A stretch of DNA of 63,477 nt, counting the filler, from Octopus bimaculoides (lineage: Eukaryota): assembly GCF_001194135.2 (NCBI RefSeq). It is 4 parts of 4 records of this genome, joined end to end, with 100 filler letters (N's around TTAATTAATTAA, not from the genome) between each part and the next. Parts side by side here need not be neighbours in the genome. Positions count along the whole stretch, not along the records: positions 1 to 23,201 come from NC_068985.1; 3 more parts are not named here. One strand, 5' to 3'. Shown here piece after piece: positions 1 to 10,329 of the stretch (positions are counted from its first letter, which is position 1; every line of letters starts with the position of its first letter). The translations under genes were made by a program, and so were the position numbers. The notes under the pieces were generated by a model that saw only the letters and a list, made by a program, of their open reading frames with translations, was not told the origin of the DNA and made no database searches.

Positions 1-61
1 GAACAAGAATGCATCTTAAATCTTTATTTTATTTTATTTTATCTTATTTTTTGTCTTTTAT

Positions 62-245
62 TTTTCATTTGTTTCAGGCATTAGGTGGTGGACCTTCTGG
101 GGCGCCGCCTTGCAGTAATTTTAGTTGAATGAATCGGCCATAGTACTGTTTATTTTTTTAACCTGGTACTTATTTTATCGAGCACTATTGCTGAACCGCT
201 CAGTTACGGGTACATAAACACCGGTTGTCAAGCGTTGTGGTGGAA
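62..245 (-). mobile_element. Degenerate 3' module of the SINE-C composite repeat
   Basis: Similar to the module at 14305-14490 and 27585-27790 (…gctgaaccgctcagttacggg…ggttgtcaagcg). Confidence 0.65.
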
Positions 246-269
246 CGTAAAGAGGAACAAAACACTTTC

Positions 270-610
270 ATGTGTCTTTAGGCTCTGAGTTCAAATTTCG
301 CCGACATCAATTTTGCCATTCATCACTTTGGGGGTCGATAAAATATGTAATCGCTATGCACTGGAGTTGAATCAACCGGCTTAACCTCTCCACAAAATTG
401 CTGGCTTTGTGCAAAAAGTTTAAATCAATATTTTGTCTGCAAAATGAAACAAATATCCTAAAGGTTCACAATTTAGATTTGCTAAGGCGGGAAACCGACA
501 GAATCGTTAGCACTCCGGGCAAAATGCTTAATGGCATTTCGTCTGTCTTTTTGTTCTGAGATCTTATTCCACCGATGTCGACTTTACCTTTCTTCTGTTC
601 GTGATCTATC
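270..610 (+). mobile_element. Two degenerate SINE-B fragments (about 270-430 and 484-610)
   Basis: B-box-like gagttcaaattt and gtcgactttacctttc; match to other SINE-B copies in the window. Confidence 0.65.
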
Positions 611-1428
611 ATTCAACTACTACTGTAGATGAATAATATTCTTGTGGCCGCAACGTACTCACATACAGCATCTTTCAGAGCCTTGTTGCTATTCAGTTCT
701 TAACCAAATTGAAGTTTGTTAACATTGTTGAAGAGGGCTGGCCCCTGACTACATTCCGACATAGATAAATTGAGATTTGGTCCAGTAGGTAAAAGTATAC
801 ACCAAAATTTATATCAACGTTATATGTGAGTAAGTAACGCCTCCACTCAAGTTTAGATCTAAATAAATTTAAAAGCAAAATATATTCATGTTAGCTTCAA
901 CGATAGAAGAAAGCATAAGGAATTTCATAGTCTTGATCCCGTGCAAGAAAAATTTGTATAAAAAAAATTGTGAAATAAAATATCAGGAAAAAATATATAA
1001 GTAGGATAAAAAATTGGATTTAAGTATAATAAACTTTTTTTATTCTAAAAACAAACTATATTTTAATTAAGCTTAAAATATTAGGGCTCAATTCGAGGAA
1101 TTTCATGGTATCAATCTAATGCAATGAAAGTTTAAAAGAAAGTTATGAGTGTTCGTTTCTCAAATTTGAGAGGACTTTTAAGATATGTCACCGGCATCAT
1201 TGAGGTAAAGAAATAATTATCAACGTATTTCGGTAATTTGTATCAAAATATGTTGTGAGGTAAAATATCATGAAAAAGATATATAATTGGATTTAAGTAT
1301 AATTAACTTTTTTTTTAATTTACAAACAAACTATATTTTAATTGAGCTTAAATAATAATGAATCAATGTAAATAAAGCGTTCTTCAAATACTAATCTTAT
1401 CTTTATTATTTTTTATATTTAAACTTTA

Positions 1429-2216
1429 GGATCTTTTCCTTTTCATGGGCAACTCGATTAATTAATTTTCTTTAACTAAACACTTTGAAACTTCGGATAT
1501 AGAACATCTTTTACTCTTAGCGTTGTTGAGAAAAGTTTCTATTTTCGAAGTTATTTCATGCTAAAGTTGTCGTATTTCGGTAATTTCAACCAATCAACGA
1601 CGTGTATTCAGCTGAATAAAGTTACTGCTGTTGTTTGTCAACAACTATCGGCGTTGTATATTTCGTTTGTCACTGTTATTTATGACATCGTTCGTGCGTT
1701 TGTGCTGGTTTTAGCTTTAAGAAAATTTACAATTTTCCTACTTGGGTTTTAGGGTTAAGGTTTTAGGGTTCGAGTTACGGAAAAAAGTTTTTAAAATGAA
1801 TTGGAAGGGTAAGGGGGGGAATTTCAGGAAAAAACCTAAAAGCAGTAGAAATGCATGAACGATTATGGTGGTGTCATGAAGTAAACGTGCTTCAGATACA
1901 CTCGTTTATTCATACTGACGTAACTGAGATGAAATATGTCATAAATAACAGTGACAAACGAAATGTACACCGCCGGAAGTTGTTGTTGACAAACAACAGC
2001 AGTAATTTTATTGTGCTGAATACACGTCATTGATTGGTTGCAATTACCTAAATACGACAACTTTAACACGAAATAACTTCGAAAATAGAAACTTTTCTCA
2101 ACAACCCTGAGAGTAAAAGATGTTCTATATGACACGTTCTACCAGTATCCGAAGTTTTGAAGTATTTAGTTAAAGGAAATGAATTAATCGAGTTGCCCAT
2201 CAAAAGGTAAAGATCC
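1429..2216. mobile_element. Long-TIR MITE (GGATC…GATCC termini, about 260-280 bp arms, 8-bp TSD); Merlin-like by inference
   Basis: Arms about 1429-1688 and 1935-2216 are reverse complements; flanks AAACTTTA (1421-1428) and AAACTTTT (2217-2224); degenerate TTAGGG-like tract at 1744-1770. Confidence 0.85.
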
Positions 2217-2863
2217 AAACTTTTTATTTTAATTCAATAATAATAATAATTCAATCACAAAAATGAAATAAATTAAAATATTATTTAGAAATTTATTAAA
2301 TTTATTATTCAATTTTCAATATGCTAAAATCTTAAATTATTAATTGACACATTATTAAAAAGCATAACATCATAACCTGGAAAAAAACATGGATTACAGG
2401 GACAAATGCGAACAAGAGAAATAATATTCTTAAGATTATAAACCTGGAAAAGTACAAGACAAGTTATAATATCTGGTAAAGTACAGAACGAGAAAATTTT
2501 TACTTAAAATATCGCAGCTACGGATAAAATTCGTTTAGCGATCCGAGACTTACGTGTTGATTCTATTAGTTGCTTGAAGTTATATTATATGCATATGAAC
2601 GGGTATTGCTCTTTTAAAAAAAGCAGAAACACTACACAACTGAGATTATGAAATATTTATTTAATCATTTCTTTCCATAGCACCAATGAATTCTACCGTG
2701 ATCAGCATTTACTTCTATCGTACCGTTAATTTAATTATCAATGTGATAATGAAATTTCCTATATCAACTTTATTACACGTTCTGTAATGATGTTCAGTGA
2801 AAAATTTCCCCCTAAATCTTATTGTCGTAAAAGTGTTGACTCGTACTAGTATATTTGATATTC

Positions 2864-3048
2864 CTTTGGGGGCGGGGAGCAGTTGATTAGATCGATCCCA
2901 GTACGCAACTGCTACGTAATTTATCGACCCCGAAAGAATGAAAGGCAAAATCGACCTCGGCGGAATTTGAACTCAGAACGTAAAGACAGACGAAGTACCA
3001 CTAAGCATTTCGTCCGGCGTGCTAACGTTTCTGCCAGCTCACCGCCTT
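2864..3048 (-). mobile_element. SINE-B, tRNA-derived SINE
   Basis: Minus strand reads aaggcggtgagctggcagaaacgttagc (A box)…gagttcaaattccgccgaggtcg (B box); multiple copies in the window. Confidence 0.85.
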
Positions 3049-4785
3049 TGTATGTTTAATACACATTTGGAAATATTATTACCTTGATCATTGTCTTACA
3101 GTGATCGAGGACATAATGATCATTATTACGATAATTATACCCTTCCATACTTTATTCCCTATGCAACTTCATCGCATCATATAATTCGGCTTTGTCCAAA
3201 GTTATTTTGAAAAATTTCACGACTTTCAAACTAAGGAATCCCAACAAACTTTTCCGAGCAATTCAACGTCAATCGCCATCATTGCTTATGAGTTTAACAC
3301 ATTATGACACTCAGCTAATATCGTTAATGCAGCATTTGATTAATCTGACGAGCCACTTGTCTTATCACTATGTGGTCACTAAGGCATTTCTATTTTTGTA
3401 CAGGAATTAATTCTGCTATAAAACTAATTGGTACCTTGTTCGATTTGAACTCAAATGGTTTGAACCTACATTGTTATTTAGAAAACTTTTTAAACAAACT
3501 AAACACATATTTCTTTTATTCTAAACGATCAATGTATTATAAAGTCATTATAAAATCTGTCCATTGATGATGTACATTGTTCATTTTATTGGAAGCTGTT
3601 TTATTCAATAGATATTAACGCTAAGTAACTTATGTCCGCTTAATTGGAAATGCCATTAAAATGTAATACTTACTGAATGCTTTTATAATATATCTATTGT
3701 AGTAGATTGATTGTTTTAGCGAGAATAGTTCAAACAAGCAATAATTTATGAGAAAGTTTTGTTTTTAAATAATTTTTCATCTCAAGTCAATCCTAATCGA
3801 GCAAACATATAAAAGGATTTAATCATGCTTTTTAATGACCCCTTCTTAATGAGAACCGAGGACTATTTAGTTAATGCCACTTTCGTGCATTAATTACAAT
3901 TGCTGCCATTTACGGGGCACTTCGCTGTAATTTCTAGCATTTTGCTTGACTATGTAATGGTTCCATCTCAAACACCTCTCAATAAGTGTTGTTTTTACGA
4001 TTCTAATCGATCATACCATTATCTTATTTTATGAAGATAATCTTTTACCTTTCAACTTTTACTTGTGCAGCATGCTGGAGCACTACTTTGAATGATTTAT
4101 ATATATATAATATTGAGAAAAAAGGTCAACAGAATTTTGGGACAACTCCTTTAATCTTTTTATTTATACATTATTTTTAGCGGTTTCGTACGTTTCTCGA
4201 ACTTGTCAAATACAATTTTGTCAATGTACAAACAGCTTCTTCATTTATATAAAACAGATACTTTTGGGGGATTTTGTTTATAAGAGAACATTGTTTTTTT
4301 TTTGGGGGGGGGTTGAGGGGTGAGGTACCATGACGATGTAGATAGATAGATAGATAGATAGATAGAGGGAGAAAGAAGAGGGATCCTCTTTCCTATTCAC
4401 CATTCATTTATTTAATCATTTGCCATTGTATTGAAATGGGTTTAAGGATGGTAACCTCTTCAAGAAAAAAAAACAGGTGTGCTTTGGTTATATATATGTC
4501 CGAATGCATGTGTCCCATTCTTGATATATCATTTGCTCTTCAGAACTCATTTTATTTAAAAGTGATTTAAAATGTTCTGCAATGACGAAAGACAACGCTA
4601 TTTAGCATATTCGCAATCGAGTCTGGCGGAATATATTAAATTGAATATGTATGTCATCGTTCTGATTCTTGCTGGTCATTGTCCACATGACGATATGTTA
4701 TCACTTGGCAGATATCATCATACTTTCTTTACTGAATTTAAAAAGAATAGCCAACAGCTGTTATTAGATGAGTTTGTACGACACA

Positions 4786-4835
4786 GCTTTGACTGAGGAT
4801 ACACAGCAAGGTCGAAACGCCGAATGTTTCAAAGC
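4786..4835 (+). ncRNA. Type-I hammerhead ribozyme-like motif
   Basis: GCUUUGA-CUGAGGA-UAC(ACAGCAAG)GUC-GAAAC-GCCGAAU-GUU-UCAAAGC: intact core, 7-bp stem I, weak stem II. Confidence 0.6.
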
Positions 4836-6798
4836 CCCTTTACAGTAATGAATCAAGCGTCTTATGAACATACATTGTCATTGGAGAAAATGTTCTCCAA
4901 TGACGAAAAACAAGAGTAACACAGTAACAAGCATTATTCATGCTTGAATCTACCGAAACGCATTAAGATTGAACATGTCATTGTTTTGATTCCCAATGTC
5001 CACCGTAGAGAGCACAATATATCTAATTTCCTAATACAAAATGTCTCGTTATACGCAGTGTCAACATTTTCTAATAAATCTGTATCAAAATGGTTAAACT
5101 TTGACTCCATAATAAAATGCTTTACACCACTATATAAAAGATATTCATGCGGCAAAATGAAAATTGATAAATTTCCCAGAAAATTGCTGTCTTTTTTTTA
5201 TATTTTTATTTGATGAATGACATTTCAAAAGATAGTATAGATCTTTGAATTACGTTATATTAGGCTGATTTGATCTTATGACCCCTAAAAGGCTACTACA
5301 GGGTAACTCTAGTTGGACATATATTTTATGTTGAAAATACAGAGATGAAATTTTAATCTGTTTTGTTTAAAAGATTTCATAGATGGAACCCAATATCTTA
5401 CGAAACTGGAGAACATATCCTCGATTTTTCAACACTAGACAATGTACCGATACCTACTTCATTTATTGGTCAAAGTTGAATAAAAGGTGGAACCAGATTC
5501 TCTAAGTTTTGATTTTGTAACACATTGCAGTGAATTAGGCGATGTAAACAAGTCTGAAGCAATTAGTCCGCTTCAATAAAATATTGTAGTTTTGATCTCT
5601 GAAATCAATTTTTCGCTAAATTTAGATTTGAGGTCATAGAGTGCATCCTCTGAAAAATCTAGAAGCTAAAACATAATTTTTATAATGAACAGTTTTAGTG
5701 AAATATTGATCTCATAAAAATAAGAAGTATAACGGGAAATTTTTTCCATGCTTCTTACATCTTAGTATTACGGTTCGAAACGATCGTATGCATGGATTAA
5801 AAGTTATAAAACTTTTAACATCTCTTCTCCATCTTGCTTTTTATACATAGCTATCCTGAAATATTGCTAAACAAGGAATCTTTACCAAACAGTGAAAAGG
5901 TCGCTGGAAAACGTATCATCCTTATTACAACCATCCACTTCATATGAAAATACGAAATAAATTGCTATAATATCAGGCCAAAAGTGTTATGCCACCTTAA
6001 ATTTACTGATCGAATCTCGCCGAAGTTAACCTTGCCTGCAATCTTTACTCAGTTGATTACTGCCGATCAGACACACATTTTGTCCTCCAAGCAATTTGTA
6101 AAGCTCATCCCGCATCCTATATGTGAAGTTAGACCTTAAATAAGCTTTAGTATACAGAAAATTTTAATTTCTGACTATGCTCTACTGAAATTTGGGTGCA
6201 TCCAATATGCCCGGGTGTGTTTTTATGGCATCAAATACAGTAATTAAAATACCAATGAAATACTGAAATCGATATGGTCCGCAAGAGGCTTCATCCCAAA
6301 ACCTGTTGAAAAAGATTTGTAATGTTACTTTGCTTCTCACACTTTTAATCGCTTTACCTGTGAAATAAAACCGAATACAAACGATCTAGTTTTCTTTAAC
6401 GAAATGTTTATCACGATATCATAAATGTATGCATTAAAACATAATAGTATTTCTAACTCCTCCACTTATTATCAATGACGTTCTTAGCTCACATCTCTAG
6501 TTCGAACTGATATGTATTGGAGAACTTATGGGGCGTCGACAACTACGTGTAGCTTCCAGAAATCCCTAGCTTAGCAGTGGTACCGAGAGACAATACCGGT
6601 CCCTTGTGCCTGCTGCAGAAACGATTATTATTCTTATAGTTTTTAGTTGTATTATTGGGCGTGGTGTTGGTGACGCTAGTGTTATTAGTACAAGTTTTTT
6701 TTTTAAGCAACAGTTTTATGCACGTTAGCTATTCGCACTTTGTATTTTGTTTTTATATTTTCTAATGAATAAATTTCTTTACTATAAATACATATATA

Positions 6799-7358
6799 GG
6801 ATCTTTTTTAAAACGGGGGCCACATTTTTCATTAATGTTTTACGTAGTGCTTTTGATACCGAAAGACTTTCAAACTTCGAATACTTATCTATTTTGTGTT
6901 ATAGAACAGAAAAATATTTTTGTATTCGAATTTATTTCATGTAAAAAATTGTCTTATTTCGATAATTTCAACCAATCACTGACGTCCATTCAGCCGATAT
7001 ACATTAAGTGCCGACTACATAAACAAACGATTCTTCGTTTTATTTGCTTTTTTTCATTTTAAATTTGCTTTAACCCTAACCCNNNNNNNNNNTTAGGGTT
7101 AGAGTTAGGGTTAGGGTTAATTGTTTCAGAATCGTTTGTTTATGTAGTCGGCACTTAATGTATATCGGCTGAATGGACGTCAGTGATTGGTTGAAATTAC
7201 AGAAATACGACAACTTTAACATGGAATAATTTATGGATTTCTTTTTTTTTAAGAAGACTAAGAGAAAAAGATGTTTTATATGACACATTCTACCAGTGAT
7301 CCAAGTTTCAAAGTGTTTCGTTAATGAAAAATGTGGCCCCCCGTTTTAAAAAAGATCC
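6799..7358. mobile_element. Long-TIR MITE related to 1429-2216, with a telomere-repeat core
   Basis: GGATC…GATCC ends; perfect 8-bp TSD CATATATA (6791-6798 and 7359-7366); near-perfect inner arms 6964-7034 and 7128-7198; CCCTAA then TTAGGG repeats around a 10-N gap. Confidence 0.9.
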
Positions 7359-7772
7359 CATATATATATTCTATAGTTTCAAGTACTTTTTTGCTGTACT
7401 TTAATAAATGTGTAAGTTCTAGAGTTTCCAACATATATTTGTATGTTCTTTTCTTATCTCTCAATATATCTTGTATTATGGGAATTATATCTATTTTCAA
7501 TTCTCACATTCTTGCTATCGTTATTTCCAGATCTATTTCTTTAGATAGCCTCAGTATGTCATTTAGAGATATATTGTTTTCTGTTGGAATTGTTGCAACT
7601 CTAAGAATGTTGTCTGTAGAAATTGATATATTGATTAGGATGTTGACGGTTACAGAAGATGCAACGATTTGTATGATTAGTACGGTGTCTGCTGCAGCCG
7701 ATACATCGGTACATGTTTCTTTGGTAACTGATACATAGGTTAGGAACGAATTATTATTATTAATATTAATAA

Positions 7773-7990
7773 TGTAGCGAGCTGGCGGAATCGTCAGCAC
7801 GCTGGATGAAATAATTCGTGGTATTTCGCTCGTCGCTCCGATCTGAGTTCAAATTCCGCTGAGGTCGACTTTGCCTTTCATTCTTTCGGGGCCGACTAAA
7901 TAAGTACCATTTGCCCACTGGTGTCAATGTAATCGACTTAATCCCTTACTCCAAATTAGAGGCCTCTAGCTTCCAGTAGAAAGATGATTA
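7773..7990 (+). mobile_element. SINE-B
   Basis: A box tggcggaatcg, B box gagttcaaattcc, (AT/AAT)-rich tail. Confidence 0.85.
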
Positions 7991-8011
7991 TCATTATAAT
8001 AATGATAATAC

Positions 8012-8235
8012 TAAGGCGGTAAGTTGGCAGAATCTTTAGCCCGCCGGACGAAATGCTTAGCGGTGTTTTGCTCATCGCTACGTTCTGAGTTCAAATTCTA
8101 TCGAGGTTGACTTTGCCTTTCATCCTTTCGCGGTCGATTAAATAAGTGCTAGTTGAACACTGTGGTCAATGTAATCGACTCACTCCCTCCCCCCATAAGG
8201 GCGACCCTTGTGGCAAAATTTGATACCATTATTAT
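8012..8235 (+). mobile_element. SINE-B (tandem second copy)
   Basis: A box tggcagaatc, B box gagttcaaattc, (ATT)n tail. Confidence 0.85.
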
Positions 8236-8750
8236 TATTGTTATATGAAAACTCGCAGCTTATTTCGCTGGGTGTGTGGGATAGTGTCAGCTGTCCACAT
8301 CCAGCAGACTAAGGTGACACTTGTTTACTGGTCATGCTTCAAGAACCCTGCAAAGAATTCCATACAATGCTGATTTTTGTAGGTGTTCTACCTTCACACA
8401 TGTACCAATCTTTTTCAACCATGTTGGTAGCTGAATGGTGCTGATTTCAAGTGCACCAATTACTATTGGTATCACGTCTACTCTCTTCATTGACTACAAA
8501 CTTCGTATTTCCCACTTCAAATCGTCGTAGTTGTTTATATTTCTATCTTCTTTTATATAGAACCTGTTCTCACCGGGGCATGCTATGTCGATTATCATAC
8601 ACATTCTTTCTTTTTTATTCACCGCCACAATGTCCGGTTTCTGATGTCTGGTCGGGTGATCGCACTGGATCATTACTTCCCACAGGATTTTGCAATTCTT
8701 ATTTTCGGTAGCTCCTTCTGTAGTTTGTACATGCCACGTCATTGCCCCCT
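8230..8750 (-). mobile_element. 5'-truncated non-LTR retrotransposon with restriction-like endonuclease C-terminus (R4/Dong-type)
   Basis: KILWEVMIQCDHPTRHQKPDIVAVNKKERMCMIIDIACP…YDDLKWEIRSL*SMKRVDVIPIVIGAL…LQKSALYGILCRVLEA* (final stop 8332-8334), then a short 3' UTR and (TAA)n tail. Confidence 0.85.
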
Positions 8751-9221
8751 ATAGAAGGCACTTACCCAAACGTCTTGCAGTGGGGTAGTAGGACTGGAAA
8801 ATGTACACTTGATATACACCTGATGTCAGGAATAAAATGAAACAGATACTATCGAAATTCATCTTTCGTTATATAAAAAATGGTGACTGCGATGATGTGG
8901 ATACAAAATATGAAGTTTGGGCTCAATCGAGCAACAATGGTATTTTTGTAGTTTAGCAGATTATATAATGTTAGTTATATAAACTGCTACAGTCGCAATA
9001 CATTTTGTGATTAGGGTTTTGTGCTCACGATCTCAAGATGGTGGTTTCCCAAATCCGGCGGTTGCGTTGCATCCTTCAGCAAAACACTTCATTTTGCATT
9101 GCTCCGGTCCACTCAGCTCAAAATGAGCAACTGTCCAATGATAATTTTTTTAATGGACCGTTCAAAGAGAATGTTGTAATCTCGGACAATTATAAGCAAT
9201 GGAAACCAGGCAAACGGTCAT

Positions 9222-9384
9222 ATGAGTCCTAAGACTGAGACAGTATCATCCAGAGGTTACTGCTGCTACTGCTACACCTGTTGCTGCACCTGCTGATGCT
9301 GCTACCGCTGCTTATATAACGATGCTGATGATGACGATGAAGAAGACGTTTCTGACCAATTGCTTCGGTTCTTGTCACTTCAAG
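9222..9384 (+). CDS. Candidate coding exon (Cys-rich, then acidic DADDDDEED tract) with an in-frame TGA at 9294; unknown product
   Basis: Donor CAAG|GTGAAT at 9385; the acidic frame joins in phase to exon 9476-9670; 5' end uncertain. Confidence 0.35.
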
Positions 9385-9475
9385 GTGAATGAAATTACCA
9401 CTCTTTCCCTCTGCTTTTTCTCGTCTTTTTCTTCTTTCTTTTGTTGTTGCATATTCCCATGTCATACCGAATTAG

Positions 9476-9670
9476 ATAGGTCAATAATTATAATTAATGA
9501 TCTTTTCCGTTATGCTCATCCGATAATTCGGTATAACAGAGGGTACGTTGTCGAATCTGTTCGTAGGATATTCGAGAACGATATAGCTGCTATTTCCAGC
9601 AAATTTCATGACCATGGAGAGGCACTTCATTATTTCGAATCATATCGATTTATTAAATTATTATTTCGTG
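9476..9670 (+). CDS. Candidate internal coding exon (195 nt, phase 1-1); unknown product
   Basis: Long polypyrimidine tract then TTAG acceptor; open frame DRSIIIINDLFRYAHPIIRYNRGYVVESVRRIFENDIAAISSKFHDHGEALHYFESYRFIKLLFR; donor GTG|GTGAGT. Confidence 0.55.
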
Positions 9671-10114
9671 GTGAGTGGAATAATGATTTCTTTTTACCAA
9701 CACAGTAATATCTGAATGTTTAAGTTATAGAAATAATCTTAAAGAATACTTTTAAAGAATTATTTTAACTTCTGAATACAGAATTTATGGTTACATTGAT
9801 AGATTTGTCAGTAGCTTACATATTATCACAATAAGTATTATAATCTGCAAACACAGATTAGCGATCGTCACGAATTTCTCAAGCTGTTAATAGATTTTTC
9901 TGCAGACGTCATACATGTTTGATACGCTGCGATTGTATACATAAATCATAACAATTTTCGTGTCATTTATTTCCAATGTCTATTTCCAACAGTTTTAAAC
10001 AGAGAATTTGTTAAATCCAAACTGTTGCATAACTTTTTTTCTCAAACATCGCATTGTCTTCCTATTTCTAAACTAGAATTAATTATATATATGTTTATCA
10101 ATATACACACACAC

Positions 10115-10163
<49 letters not shown>

Positions 10164-10329
10164 TGCAGGAGTGGCTGTATGGTAGCTTCCTTACCAACCA
10201 CTTGGTTCCGGGTTCAGTCCCACTACGTGGCACCTTGGGCAAGTGTCTTTTACTATAGCCTCGGGCCGACTAAAGCCTTGTGAGTGGATTTGGTAGACGA
10301 AAACTGAAAGAAGCCCGTCGTATATATAT
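10164..10329 (+). mobile_element. SINE-C head, tRNA-derived
   Basis: A box tggctgtatggt, B box gggttcagtccc, conserved body accttgggcaagtgtctt…gaaagaagcccgtcg. Confidence 0.9.

Noticed and set aside
3345-3385. CTGACGA followed by a GCCAC/GTGGT stem
   Set aside because: No GAAA or stem I, so not a hammerhead
5381-5468. Possible plus-strand exon WNPISYETGEHILDFSTLDNVPIPTSFI
   Set aside because: Weak donor and no phase-compatible neighbour
7070-7119. True telomere or chromosome-fusion site
   Set aside because: Very short and enclosed in TIRs with a matching TSD
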